A program made the position numbers and the translations under genes. The notes under the pieces are model-generated. The model made no database searches. It was not told where the DNA came from and saw only the letters and a program-made list of their open reading frames with translations. This document shows positions 44,034 through 57,457 of a stretch of DNA of 64,000 nt, piece by piece. How positions within the stretch are numbered: position 1 is the first letter of the stretch; each line of letters starts with the position of its first letter. Origin of the DNA: Cyanophora paradoxa CCMP329 (Eukaryota; Plantae; Glaucophyta); assembly GCA_004431415.1 (NCBI GenBank), contig QPMI01000064.1:62001-126000 (forward strand), read 5' to 3'.

Positions 44034-46044
44034 ATGGCGGCGGCGCGCCTGCCGCGCGTGCTCGTCTCGCGCCCTTTCCGGTACGTGGACCCGCACGCGT
44101 ACCTGCGCGGACTGGCGGAGGTCACCGTCTGCCCGAACGGTGGGCCCGCCGCCGCCCCGGGCACGCCGCGCGCCGCTCCGCTCCGCGTTCTCACCTGCAG
44201 CCCTGCGCGTGCGCCGCAGGGACGCGCGCGGAGATCGAGGCGGGCATAAGAGATGCTGAGGGCTTCGTCGTGCGGCTAGCACGAGTCGGTGAGCGGCGGC
44301 GCCGGCGCCCGTCCGCAAATGCATTGCAGCAGTCGAAGCCGGCTGAAGTGACCGAGCCCCGCAGACGAGGCGCTGCTGGCGCAGGCACCCCGGCTCCAAG
44401 TCATCGCGAACCACGGGTGCGCATGAACCGCGCCGCTCGCGCCCCGGCCCCGCCGAAGCCGACCTGTGACCCGCCGATTCTGCCCGCGCCGCCGCGTGCG
44501 CCGCAGGGCCGGCTACGACAACATAGACGCCGAGGCGGCGACCAGGCGAGGCATCTGGGTCGCAAACGCGCGGTGGGTGCGGGGCGCCCCGCCGGGCCGG
44601 GCCTGCAGCCGCTCGCGCTAGCTGGCGCTCCTGCTCGGGCCGCGTCCTCATCGGACCGTATACGTCCGCGCAGGGACGTCGTGTCTCCAGCGACGGCGGA
44701 CATAACGATGGCCCTCTTGCTCTGCGTCATGCGGCGGGTGCCGGAGTGCTTGGGTCCGCTACAGCTAGAGGCTCCCCGCCGCGCGGGCGCGCGCTCGCCC
44801 CTGACGGCCGCCCGGCGGCCGGGGGCGCGCGCGCGCCGCAGAGACGGTTCGCGCGGGGAAATGGACGGGCTCGGACACGAAGGACGGGCTGGAGGCGAGG
44901 GACGTCACGGGGAAGGTCCGCCGCCGCCGCCCCGCCGCCCGCCGCTTCTTACTCTGTACCCCCCTCCTTCCCCCCCCGCGAACAAGACGCTGGGCATCGT
45001 GGGCCTGGGGAGCATCGGCCGCGCCGTCGCGCGGAGGGCCCGCGGCTTCGACATGCAGCTCCTCTACCACCAACGGAACAGGGTACCCCCCTCCCGCGTC
45101 GCGAACGACGTACCCCCCGCGAGCGGCGTACCCCCGCAGGTGTCCGAGGAGGAGGAGCGCGCCCTCGGCGTCGAGTACGCGAGCAAGGCGAGCCCGTACC
45201 CCTCTCGTTTACCCGTAGCCCCTAGGCCTCCCCGCTCAAAACATCCCCCCCCCCCCCCCTCCCCTCCAGGATGACCTGCTTCAGCGGTCGGACGTCGTTT
45301 CGCTGCACGTACCCCTCACGCCCGAGACGCGGCACCTCCTCTCGGACCGCGAGTTCGAGATCATGCGCGTAACCCCCCGACTTCGCCCCCCCCCCGCCTC
45401 ACCCGTACCCCCAGGAAGCCCGGGGCGGTGCTGGTGAACACGGCGCGGGGCGCGGTCGTCCACGAGGAGGCCCTCGTCCGCGCCCTCGAGTCCGGCCGCC
45501 TCGCCGGTACCCCCCCCCCTTGCAGCCCCAGTAAATCGCGTACCCCCTGACTCCTCCCAGGGGCGGGCCTGGACGTGACAGAGGAGGAGCCGAGGGTGCA
45601 CCCGGGGCTGCTGGCGGCCCTGGGCCGCAACGTCGTCGTACTCCCCCACGGTGCGAAGACCGCGAGGCTGCGGGGCTAGCCGCAGGCCTGCGGAGGGCCC
45701 GTTGTCCCTAAATCTGGGCATGGCGGGACCGGATCGGAGCTAACCTGACGCAACTCCCCTCCGGATCCTGCGCAGTGGGCGTCGCGACGCGGGTGCGCCG
45801 CCCCCCGGCGGGGCCCTCGAGCCTCTCTTGCCTCTACCCCCCTCCTCCCCCCGCCTTCCCCTCTGTCTCGCTCGTTCGGCGACTCTCTTGAGCTTCGCCC
45901 GCGCAGGAGACGAAGGAGGCGCTGGAGCGCGTCTGCCTCGACAACGTCGCCGCCGTCCTCCGCGGCCGCCCGCCCCTCACCCCCGTCAACGCCCCCGCAG
46001 TGCCCGCACCCGCCGCCGATCGCGAAGCAGAGCCGGGCCCGTAG
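44034..46044 (+). CDS. D-isomer-specific 2-hydroxyacid dehydrogenase (glyoxylate/hydroxypyruvate reductase-like)
   Basis: [73 protein letters not shown]. Confidence 0.93.
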
Positions 46045-46532
46045 CTTTATCAGCCTTTCTATATGGCGCACGGCCTCAGCAGCACGTGCACACGCTGCAC
46101 AGCTGCCACAGGCTCACAGGCTCGGGAGACACAGCAGCCCGCCGGGCCGGCGGCGCGGCTCATTAGTCCTCCCGTCAAATCGCTGTTCATTGGCCCTTGC
46201 ACTTCGGAAGCATATGCATCCATGCCAAATGGCCGCGGCCGACATTCGTTAATGCCTCGGAGGAGTCGGAGCCTCCGAGCTCTTAGGAGCCTTCGCGATC
46301 GAGTTGTATCATGAATCATGATCAACTTGATGAGCTTGCCAAGTTAACGACGAACTTAACGTTGCAATTGCATCGACATATCGATCATGCATCACGGTAG
46401 GCTGTAGGCTGTACCCGTGTACCGGGTTGCTCTGCTCAGCTTCACGATCAGCTCAGCGGCTACAGCCTACAGCGTCGACGTCAGCCTTCAGCTTGCAGCG
46501 TTCTTGAGTTTCAGCTTCAGCCCGCGCGCGCC

Positions 46533-49500
46533 ATGTCGTCCGCTGCCTGCTACACGACGCGCGGTGCGTGGCGCCGCGCGCGCGCCGCGCCGCCGCCCGG
46601 ACGTCGGCGTTCGCTCGCTCTAGATCTACTCGGCGAGCTCGCGTAAGACATGGCCAGGATGGCCTAGTGGCGGCCTCTCTCCGCTCGGCCTCTTTACTAT
46701 CGGAGTACTAGTTCGAGCCTCGGAGCTCTGCGATTGCAAGTGGAAGCTTGCTGCGGCCTCTAACTCTGAGCGGGCATGCGAATCGAAGATGCAGCTGAAG
46801 TCCACGTGGCTAGCTATAGCTTTTAGACTCCGAGGCTCGGCTGCCGCGTGTGCGCAGTGCGCACGGCCGCGGCTGACTCGGGCGTGGCGCCGCGCGGCAG
46901 ACTGCTCGGGGACCCCAGCGCTCACGTCCTCCGACCCGTGCGCCGCCGCCCGCCCGCGCCGGCCGCCGCCGCCGCCGCCGCGCGCCAGTGGCGCCTTCCG
47001 GCGCTAGCGCTCCGCCACGGACAACTGACGGGGCGCTCATCGGCGCTGACCGTACAGAGCATCCACGGTGCGAACGCGCGTCCTTCGAAAAACACGAATT
47101 CCGCGAGACTTGCACACGGGCGCCGGCTGAAGTGAAGGCCTCTCGCAGGATGCAGTGGCGTTCTGCTCGAAGCAGGGGTACAACTCCGGGAAGGCCTACG
47201 GCAGCGACGTATGCGTCCAGGTGCTGCGCCCCTCCCTCCCGCAGGCTGTCGGCGCCCTCCCCCTTCCCCCCCCCCCCCCCCCCACCCGCCTCCCCCCCCC
47301 CCCTCCCCGCCCGGAGCGTGCGGACCCAGTCGGGGAGCTCGAGCGGTCCCCCCCTCCTCCGCCACCACCCTTCGCCCAGCCCCTGAACCCACCCCCTCGC
47401 CCCGCCCCCCTTCCCTCCCCCCCCCCCCCCCCTTCAACCCCTGCTTTCCCTCTCCGCCTCGTGGGTTTTTCCTCCCCCCCCTTCCCCCTACGCTCCTCCG
47501 GATCTAGATCTCCCCCTGCCGGGCCCCCGGGTCCGGTCCCCTTCCTCGCCTCCTTCAATTTCACTCCGCTATGCACGCACGCGCAGACGAAGCTGCAGTG
47601 CTTCACGACCCGCGACTGCTCCGGCGTCCCCAAGGGACCCGACACCACCGCCCTGACCACTTAGTGCGCCCTGCTCCGACTCCAATCTAGGGCGCGTGCA
47701 ATCGCTGTGACGCTGCGCAGCCGGACCGCGGGCGACACGGACTACACGGCCTTCTCCCGGTGCCCCACCGGCAGCGTCGCTTACAAGGTGCGGCGGCGGC
47801 ACTCTAGATCTCCTTCCCCCCGGAACAGCGCGCCGCCGCCGCGACTCAACTTCGAATTCGAACCGTCGAACCGCTTTGATCTGCAGGACGCCGGCTCCTC
47901 GGTTTGCAAGCCGACGGCGGGTGTCCAGTGCATGATGAACCTGACCTGCACGCACCCCTACGCCGCCAACCTCTCCCGAGACGTGTGAGCCGGGCCAAAG
48001 TCCGAAGCTTCGACCCGCGCACCTCTGACGAGAGGGAGGGCGCAGGGGCGCGTGCCTGGCTGCCACTGGCACGAACTATTCAGGGCCCCCGATCGTCGCG
48101 GTCCGCTATGATAAATTCTCGAATTTCAGATGTCGTTCCGTTCTAAAGCCTGACCCTTGGGCTTCGACGGGAATTGAAGGTCCTGGACAACCAGGACATG
48201 ACCTGCCGCCCCATCTTCCGGTGCTACACCAACGCCGACTGCACGGGGGACAACACCTTCACGGGAATCGTGCCGCCCGTGTAAATAACTTCTTCATTTA
48301 TAGCTATGAGGCTCGGCTCTGAGTGCCTCTGGCGGCGCAGAGGGGCCGACATCGTGAAGGCGTGCGGCGTGAGCGCCGTCTCGGGCGCCCCGGCGCAGAG
48401 CTTTGCGGACGCCGCATCGGGCCGCTGCGTCAAGTTCACTGACGCGTTCGCCCAGTGCTACGCCAGGTGAAGACGAAGAAGACATTTATACTTGATAATT
48501 GTAACATAAATTCGTGTTCTAAGCCGCTCGAACCTTGACTTCAGCCACAACTGCTCGGACTCGGCGCCGTTCGCCTTTGGAACGACGACCGACCCGTGAG
48601 CGCGCGCGCCCGGCCTCGAACCCCTTCAAACGTCTTACTTCCGGGCACGCGGCAGGTCGAGCTGCCCCGCGGGGGCCCTCGGGGGATTCAAGGCCGGCGC
48701 CACGGCCGCCGCCTGCCGGCCCCTCGCCAACCTTTACCGGGCCGGATCCACGTGCGCAATCATAACTTCGTCCCCAAACTCAGATCTGACCGCGCGGCTT
48801 CGGTCCGCGCAGGTGGCAGCCGGCGACGCTGGACGCGGCCGGCAACCTCCTCGTCCCCTACGACGCCCAGGCCGCCACGGTCGCCGTCGTGAAGGCGGGC
48901 GACGGGACAGCGGCGCACGAGTTCTCCGGCGCGCTGCCGGCGGGGGCGGCCGTCCCGGCGAGCCCCGCCTGGCGGGTCGGCGTGACCTACCAGGCCTTCA
49001 AGAACTCGACCTGCTCCAGTACCTCGGCGGTGCGGCGCGCGGGCGGGCCGGGGCCGGGGGGCTCGCCGACTGGGAAGATTTAAAAGAAGAGCCCTTCCCG
49101 TGCCGCGGCTCCTGGGTTGACGTTGTTTGTGGTCCCGGCAGGTTCTGAACCCGAACACCCAAACGAACAGCTTCCCCTCCCTCTCCGAGTGCGCAGCTGT
49201 ACCCCCCGCCCCCCGGGCCCGCCCTTGCTTCAGACTTGCGCCGTGCACTCGAGCTCACGCTGTGTACCTCTCTGGCACGCAGCGTCAAGGCCAAGAGCGG
49301 TGGGATATTCATAGTCTGAGCGTCGGATACTCGTGATTCAGGAACTCATTTACACGCCCCCGGCCCGGCCCGCAGGAACGCACTACAAGGCGGTGACGAC
49401 GGCCAAGCTGGTGGACTCCGCCACGGGCGAGGCGGCGGCGACGCTGCTGGAGGGCCAAGTCGGGGCCTGCACCGCCCTCCCCAGCGGCGTCCGGCGCCTC

Positions 49501-49776
49501 GACGAGGAGCCCCAGGCGCGCCGAGCCCCCCTCCGCCCCCTCTCTAAATTCAAGTCTGAATGACGGCCCCGCAGACCGCCGAGGAGGAGGAGGCGGGACC
49601 AGAGGCGGAGGGGGAGGCGGGGGCGGAGGACGAGCTGCTGCTGCTGCTGGCCGGCTTCGAGCTGAACTTGGAGGCGCGTTTCTATTTCAAAATTCTAAAT
49701 CTGGTCGTTACTCTGGCGTTGAACCAATCTTTAGAATCTGGACGCGATGGTGGACATGGCCATGGGCGATGCCTGA
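46533..49776 (+). CDS. Cys-rich repeat protein with beta-rich C-terminal domain, multi-exon
   Basis: Repeated CYTTRDCSG / CFTTRDCSG / CYTNADCTG / CYASHNCS; C-terminal WQPATLDAAGNLLVPY...YKAVTTAKLVD...VRRLDEE; start and last exon uncertain. Confidence 0.55.
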
Positions 49777-52536
49777 ATTCAATTAAAAAGGTGCGTTTCT
49801 AATTATACATTCTAGCCGTTACTCTGGCACCGAACCGATCGTCAGGATCTGGAGGCTATGGTGGCCCTGGGCGATGCTATGGTGGCCTGAGGCGATGCTT
49901 GAATTCAATAGTTAATTTATAGCTCTGGATCTGATCGGGAGCGTGCGTGGTCTGATGGGATGCTGTACATTTGAATGTCGGCTCCCCTTTTCGCAGCTTG
50001 CAATCATCTCTCGCCGCTGAAATGGGGGGGGGGGGGGAGGGGGGGGAGGGGGGGAAGGGGAGGGGAGTGGGGGAGAGAGGGGGGGTACTGCTCGAGCTCT
50101 CCTTTTCCCAATTTGCAAGGCCGATATCGATACTAGGGAGGGCGAACTCGCTGATCGCGGCCGAATGCCGGCGCGAACTGACTGCACATGCCGCATGCAC
50201 TCCGGCTGAACTAAAAAGCGAGAGCTGACCTCAGCCACGAGGCCGGCCCGAGCTAGCCCGAGGCCTCCGAGGCCTTAAGGGCGGCCACGGACTCCTGGAG
50301 ACGGGCGCGGACGGCGCGGATGCGGCCGCTGTCCTCAGGGAAGTGCTCCGGGAACCGGGCGTACGCCTGCGCATGCTCATGATAAGGGCCCGGACTACGC
50401 CTCAATCAAGGCTCGCTCGCTCGCGATCATCGGATCGAAATTGAAGGCTAGGCCCTGAGGGGGGCGGGGGGAGGCGCCTCGAGGCACTTGTGGAGGGCGG
50501 CAACCGCGCCCTTGTGCTCGCCCGTCGCCGCCAGAATGTCGCCGTAGCACCTGCAAGGGGCGACCCGGCGGCTCGGCGGCTCGGCGGCCCGCGGGGCGAT
50601 CGCGGGGCGAAGCGTCGTCTGAGGCACCAGAGGACGTGGGCGACCTGAGGCGTCGTCTGCCCCGGGTCCGCCGCCTGCCCGGGCGTCAGCTGCAGGCCTC
50701 CCGCGGAGCTATAGTTAGCTAGGCCTAGGGCGGGGCGGGGCGGGGCGCCTTCATGACGAAGCTGACGAGCTTGAGGGTGCGCAGCAGGTCGGCTGCTGCC
50801 ATATGCCTCGGGCCATCCAGCTCGGAATTGCGCTGCCGCAGCCTGCCCCCCGGCCCCCGGCCCCCGCCGCGCTCATGACCAGAGCGGCCCCAGCGCTAGG
50901 GTGGCCCGGGGCGGGCCGGGGCGGGGCGAGGGGCGCACCAGATCTTGGAGATGTTGAAGCCGTCCGCGTCCCTGCGCGACGCGTAGCATTAAACTCGAAT
51001 TCGGAACACAGCACAAATGAAGGCCGCGGTACCGGTCGCGGGGCCGGCGCCGCACAGGACCGGAACCCGGGAAAGTTTTAAAAGAGTATCGATTTGAACA
51101 GAGTTAATAGGGTATCGGGGCGTACCCGTAGGCGTGGAGGCGCTCGGAACGGATGTACTCGACCATGCGGCGGTACTGCTGGAACGCCGCCGTTATCCGC
51201 CCTGCGTGCGCGCGGGCCCGCTTCAGCTCGCGCCCGTCGGCCTGTGCAGCGCCGCCTCGGGTCCCGTGGGGCCCGGGCGCACTTGCGCGGAAGAGGACGT
51301 AGACGAGGCTCTGCGAGGCGGAGCGGGGCGCCTCAGGCCGAGGAGGAGGGGGGGGGGGTGGGGACTTCGGAAGGAGGAGGGGAGGGGGGGAGGAGGGGGG
51401 GGAGAGAGCAGCTGCAGCTGCAGGGCGGGGGCCGGGCGACTCGGGGGCGGGGAGAGGGCCGGAGAGGGGAATGGGGATGGGGTGGGGAAGGGAGGAGGAG
51501 GGGGGGGGAGGGGGGGGGGGAAGGGGGAAGGGGGAGGGGGGTTGCGGACGGCGTGGAGGCGGACGATCTTCTGGCGGAGGGGCACGCGCATCGCCTCGAG
51601 CACGGCGAGGCTCCGCTGCGCGAGGGCCACCGCCGCATCCCACCGCTTCCCCTGGCTCGCCCGCACGACTGCACCCGCGGACGCACGTGCACGGCCAGCC
51701 GCCCACGTGAACCTTCGGCCACCGCCGGCGCGCGGTGGCGGCAGGCCTAGGTGCGCATGCGCATGCGCACACTCGCTCATGTGGGCGTCCACCTCTACCA
51801 TGCGGTCGTCGTCCGTCTCCGTGTACCAGTACCTGCCGCCGCGCGCGTTAACGTTGCGGGCGTGATCATGAGGCATGCGCAGTTGCAATCGCGGGCGAGC
51901 CCCGGCGGCCGCAGGCCGGGCGTCCGCGAGCTCGAGCGGCCCAAGCAATCGCATGTTCAGCAACGCTGCGCGGGCGCGCGGGGGGCGGACATGCGGTCGA
52001 TGAAGTGGTCGGCCATGTCGAGCCGGTCTGTATAGAGGTGCACTGAGGCCAGGAACCGCAGCACCCGCGCCTGCTCGCCCCAGCGCGCCCGCTCACTGAG
52101 TCAGCGGGGGGCGGGGGCGGGGGCGGGATCGGGGGCGGGGTTGGTGGTGCCTCGAGGCGGGACGGGGAGAGGCCGGCTTTCAGGAGGAGGCTCCACGCCG
52201 CAAAGAGCGGCTCCGCGCAGTCCTCCGGCCGCTATACCCCCGCCCGCGGCCGCGGTTCGGCGGTCAGCACCGGCGCGGGCCCCAACCCCTCTCCAAAGTG
52301 CCTGCGCTAGCGCTGCAACCTCCGGATCCGCGACCATCCCTTCCCTCCCTCCCCGAGGCGGGCTGCAGGCGTATATACGTAGGGCGAGTCCTGCACCTTC
52401 TCGCAGAAGGCGATGCAGGCCTGAAGGAACAGCGCCTCGAACTGCAGCTCCGGCGCCGCGTTCGCCCAGTCCGCCCCGATCCGCAGCGCCTTCGTCGCCA
52501 GCTGCCCCGGCCCGCAGCCTCGCCGGCAATGCAGAA

Positions 52537-52587
<51 letters not shown>

Positions 52588-52968
52588 CGCAGGGAGGGGG
52601 CCGGGGCGCGCCTGGTTGTAGCAATCGGGCCGGATAAGAAGCATGTCGTTCGTCACCATGATCTGGCGGGTGCGTTACAATTAGCGGGCGTAATACCGGC
52701 GGGGGGAGGGCGGGTGGGTGGCCGCGGGAGGCCGCACGTTGCTCACCGGCTCGATGCCAAGGGCAGCGCAGAGGTTGCAGCAGTGAGCGACCATTGCCCG
52801 CGCGTCCTCCCCGCGCTTCCAGGTGTCAGGACTGCCGCCGCCCCCGGGCCCCGGCCCAGCCCGATCGCGATCAGCCTCGACGCCGCGCGATGGCGATCAC
52901 GATCGGGAGGGGGTCGCGAGCGCACGCGGCGACGATGGCGGACAGAAGAGACGCCACCACCGCGTCCG
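48589..52968. repeat. Segmental tandem duplication, copy 1 (partner 57835 to >64000)
   Basis: Colinear near-identity from ccgacccgtgagcgcgcgcg at 48589 and 57835 through to the window end. Confidence 0.95.
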
Positions 52969-55712
52969 ACTGCGCAGAGCGTGCGCAGAGCCGCGTCAAC
53001 GGGGTCGAAGTCCGGCCCGCGGCGTCGGATTCCGGCTCGAGTGGGGAGGGGCCGGGGGGGAGGGGGGCGGGAGGGGGGCGGGCGCGCGCGCGCGCGCACG
53101 GCGGCGGCGCGGCGGGCGGCGCGGCGGACGGCGTGGAGTGCGCGATGGAAACTCTCTCGCCCCGCCAGCGTCCTCATCAGCGGCGTGTCCAGCACCTGCC
53201 GCGAGGGGCGCGGGCGGGGCCCGGCGTACGCGTGAGCGGCGCTCACGTGTACAGCAGCGCGCTCGCGGCGCCGGTGCCGGCCCCACTGGGCGCACGCGGG
53301 GGTCGGAGAGGAGCATGGCGAGGTGCTCGAAGCCGCCAGCGCCCTCCGCCGCCTCCAGCCGGCCCACCGCCTGCCGCCCCGTCACTTGAGATGGAGGAGG
53401 GGAGGGGGCGGGCCGCGGGGGGTGGGAGCGCCTCTTCGACAGCGCAGACGAAGGAGACACGGTCAGCCTCGGAGACGTGCAGGAAGGGCGCCGGCACCCC
53501 GAAGTCCCACACCACCACTGCCCTGCCGCCCCCGGCCGGACCGAGCTTATAATTAGCTTGGGTTCTAAGCGCGGGCGGCCGCGGGGGCGTGCCCGCGCGT
53601 AGAGGCAGATCTAGACGTCGCCCCGGCCCCTCCAGCGCCTATCTCCGCGCGCCCGCCGGCGCACCCGAGGTCGAAGCTGCTCCTGAGAGGCTCCCTGACG
53701 TGCTGGAGGATCCTGATGCTGGCCGGCATGGGGCGCTGCGAGCTCGTGGGCGCCTCCCCAGATCCAGAGCCCGGCGCCGGCAATCGCGAAGGTCCCGATC
53801 GCAAGGGCTCAGGCGGCGGCGGCTGCGCATGCGGCGGTGGCGCCGTCGCAATCGATGCCGGCTCGAGCTCCGGCTCCGGTCGCCCTATCCACCTGCGGCC
53901 CGGCCCCGCCCGGCTCGGCCCGCCGCCGCTCGGAGCTGTCGCCCGCGCGGCAGCGGCGCCCGGCGGCGGCGGCGATCGGCCGCGCATGCGCATGCGGCGC
54001 ACGAGAAGAGCGTGGAGGCCTCGAGCTCCTCGAAGGGGTTCCCCTCCGCAGCCTCCAGCGCGCCCCGGCCCTGCGCCGCCGCCGCCCGAGTCCTCTCTCA
54101 GGGCCCCCATCGCAAGAGAGGGCGATTGCGAGGGTGTAAATCTGCCGAGGGGAGGATGCCGGGGCGGGGCAGCGCCCACCCCTTGCCCGCCGGCGCCGGC
54201 GGGACCGCCGGGGCTGGCCATATGCATGGGCGCCCTCGCAATTGGGGGCCGGCTCGCGATCGCGGAAGCCTGCTCCGCCGCTCTAGCGAGCACCCTCTCC
54301 AGGCGGCTGCGGCGCCCGCCCGTCCCAACAATTCGCAAAATCATGATCATGATCAGCTGCAGGCCCCCTGCGAATTCGAATCGAAGCCCCGGAGTCCGCG
54401 GACCTTGTCATGTCGTCGGATATGAAGAAAGGCTTGTCCCCTGCCGCGGCGCTGCGTCAGGAATTCGAACGGAGCGTCGCAGAGGCGCAGGCGCCGGCGG
54501 CGGGGGCGGGGCGCACGGTCCCCCTGATCGCGATCACGATCGCGAGCCTCGCGATCGAGCTCCTGATCGCGATTCCCGTCCGCCTCGGTGCTGCGAGCCC
54601 GGTGGGCGGGGGTACGGCAAACGCTGGGCGCGCCAGCGCGAGGGGGAGAAGCTTAAGAGGGGGGTACCCGGATCCGGAGGCGTCGACGTCATTGGCAGCG
54701 ATCATCAGAGCGCCGAAAGCGTCGATGAGCCCCTCGGGCTGAGGCGCCGGCGGGGGGTATACGCAGAGGGGGGCGGTGAATTCGAACGGGAAGGCGGATG
54801 TGGCCATGGGGGGACAGGCGGCCGTGGCCACGGTTGGGGGAGGGGGGGCGGGGGGTTCCAGGCGGCCGTCGGAGGAGGAGGGAACAGATCTAGAACCCTC
54901 GCCGAATCCAAGCGCCCGCCGCTTGCAGGGGACGGACCCCTCCTGTACCCCTTGTTGCTTGACTTCCACCGCGGTACCCCTGCTTTCCAGAAGAAGCAGG
55001 GCGGGTTCCCACGAGACGAGCACGTTTGGGGCGCAGTCGTCCGCGGCCCAGAAGCAATCCAGGTACCCTTCCCAAAGTCCAGGAACCGATCGCGAATTTC
55101 TGGGGGGTTTGAACCTGCGGCCCGCGTGTGCACGTCGGCGGCGCGGGGGCAGGGGTACCGGCGGGGCCGGGGCATGCGCAGCTGCAGGGCACCCAAACGC
55201 CTCGATGGAGTCTCCCCCCGGTCCAATATTCAGCAGTATGGCGCCGCCCGGCGTCTTGACCTGCGGGTCGCCCGTCGTCAACAGGGAGATTCAGTCCTAG
55301 ATCTAGAGGTCCTCGGGGCCGGCGGCGGACCCCGGCGCACCGGCGCCGCCTGAGGGGCGAAGAAGGCCGGCACGAGGCGGGCGGTGTCCCGCGACTCGGG
55401 CCCAGGGCGCAGGGCGATGCGGACGGCGGCGCCGCCCGGCAGAAATGGTGCGTCATTTGCATGATGATCGATATCAGCACCCGCGGCATGCGCAGCCGCG
55501 GCCTGGACCTCCGGGCTCCTAGCTATAGGCCTGATGCGAAGGCGGTAGATCGTGCGGGGCCATGGCGAGACGCGCAGCAGCTGGCGCCCGCCCGCCAGCG
55601 CTGGGGCAACGCCCTCCCAGGCCGCAGTGCACGTGGGCGATCGCGAGGCGGTGTCGAGTTGGAGGAGCGTGACCGCGGCCGTCGCCGCGCCGCCGTGGCC
55701 GCGCACGCGCAT
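50253..55712 (-). CDS. Hypothetical protein with C-terminal TPR-like helices, multi-exon; start uncertain
   Basis: Exons IMVTNDMLLIRPDCYNQ, ATKALRIGADWANAAPELQFEALFLQA, QARVLRFLASVHLYTDRLDMADHF, CYGDILAATGEHKGAVAALHKCLE|AYARFPEHFPEDSGRIRAVRARL...G*. Confidence 0.55.
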
Positions 55713-55727
55713 GCGCAGCGGCGAGCT

Positions 55728-55850
55728 TTTCGGCGCGCCAAGCCTTGCAGATCTCGGCGCCCCAAGATGGCGGGCGCCGCGCGGCGCTCCTGTAAAGAAT
55801 TCTCCTTCGGCGCGCCAAGATGGCTTGGCTCCTTCGAGCCAAGATGGCGG
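55728..55850. promoter_or_regulatory. Cluster of ccaagatggc (x3) and ttcggcgcgccaa (x2) motifs upstream of the TPR-like gene
   Basis: Repeated motifs seen directly; they resemble YY1-type and E2F-type sites. Confidence 0.35.
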
Positions 55851-57205
55851 GGCTCGGCCGTGCGCATGCGCCGCGGTGCGCGTCGACGTCAGTCCGGCTG
55901 CATTTAATTTCAAGTTTGCTACGAAATAAATTTGGGACTCTCGAATTTGTGAGTATACGTAATTTGTTTTTGAGAGACTACGGTGGGGCGAACAGGCCCG
56001 CATGCGCAGACTAGTACTGGCTCTACGTATACTCTAGATCTGCGCTGCAGTCGACCGTCGACGTTACTAACTTTAGTAAGTTAGATCTAGGCTAGACGTA
56101 CGCGTCGACGTTGCGAAGTTATCATAGTATTGTTTTTAATCAGTTAATAATTAGTTATTAGTTGATTATTAATTACTTTCCGATACAAGTTGATATACAA
56201 CACGCGCTCTAATTATAAGGCAGACTGAGTCACTGAGGGCGCCCCGCTGCGTTCTGTCGATATCGATATCGATGCCAGACGCGATGCAAACACACTCCAA
56301 TATTAATTAATTTGATACAAAGCATGCAAGATCTAGAGTCGCGGGACTCGCGGGAGTCGCGGCTAGACTATAGTCTATAGACCGTCGTCGGACTGCCAGG
56401 TTACCGGTATGATGGCGGTCATCGGCGGTTTGTGCTAAGTCACTGCGCATGCTAACACGAGGAAACTACTCATCTTCGTACCAGCGTTTCGCACCCTACG
56501 GTTCAAAAACAAACTTGAAATTGCTTCACACGATATATTCGCGATCGTGTAAAAACCCTGGATATTCGCGATCGTGTAAAAACAGTGATCAGAATTTTCG
56601 AATCGGAGCCTCCGAGCTCTTAGCTCTAGCTAAGTTCCGTAGCTAATACCAGGTAGCTAATTTACATAAGGACAAGATCCGATGATCTGCCAGTCGCATC
56701 CGGGCCCGATTCCGGGGGGGGTTTTCGCTGTCGCGACTTTGTATGATGACGGGCTCCGCGTCCGGCTTACGCTTAGGCTTACGTTAAAACTTCATTAAGG
56801 AAATGTTAATTCGTAAGCTAGCCGAAATAATTTCGTAGCTAGCGCGGGACACTATTTGAGCAATTAGTGTCCCGCCTTCGGATCTAAGCCTCGTCGACGA
56901 GCGCTACGGCACGTCGCCGAGGCGAGGGGGGCGGGCGCTAGCGGGCTACCGGCGGTACGGCGCCTCCAATCACCTTCGATGCCCTGCCCGGCTACAGGAT
57001 TCTCATGGAGCTAAGGGTCCCGTTGACGTAGCTTAGGCGATCGTCGACGACTCTTACACTCCAAAGGCCGAGTGACTTTTTCAATATCTACTCCGCCAAA
57101 TTACGGAACTCCGCCTAAGGCCCATAACTCGTAGCGGGAGCTACAGGACAAGAAGGCGGCCGCCGCCGGGCCGGGCCGGCGCCACGGTTCGATCGCGGCT
57201 TACCG

Positions 57206-57457
57206 TACCGTAGAACACTTAAGTAATGCGCACACTTAATTAATGCGCCCCCTAATTAATGCGTTTTCTGTTGGCAAAACGCATTAATTCGGGGGCGCAT
57301 TAATATCGAAACGCTAAGAAAACTGCGATATGTACCCCCCTAACGCAGGCAGAAAGCTCCAAAACGCATTAATTTGGGGCCGCATTATTTCCCATACGAG
57401 GGGTCCGGGTCCAAAAACGCATTAATATCGGGCGCATTAATTAAGTGTTTTACGGTA
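57206..57457. mobile_element. Tc1/mariner-pogo-type MITE (~250 bp, TA target duplication)
   Basis: Left end TA-ccgtagaacacttaagtaatgcg matches the reverse complement of right end TA-ccgtaaaacacttaattaatgcg at 23/25; internal repeated (aaaa)cgcattaat motifs. Confidence 0.85.

Noticed and set aside
52536-52587. Very long poly-G/poly-C runs as discrete elements
   Set aside because: Intronic homopolymers whose lengths differ between duplicate copies and are unreliable in assemblies; treated only as part of the gene-body signature
53716-55353. 545-aa + strand ORF
   Set aside because: GC-rich Arg/Gly/Pro shadow; splice signals and protein-like exons are on the - strand
56740-56830. atgatga as a box C of a snoRNA
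   Set aside because: No suitably placed box D or terminal stem
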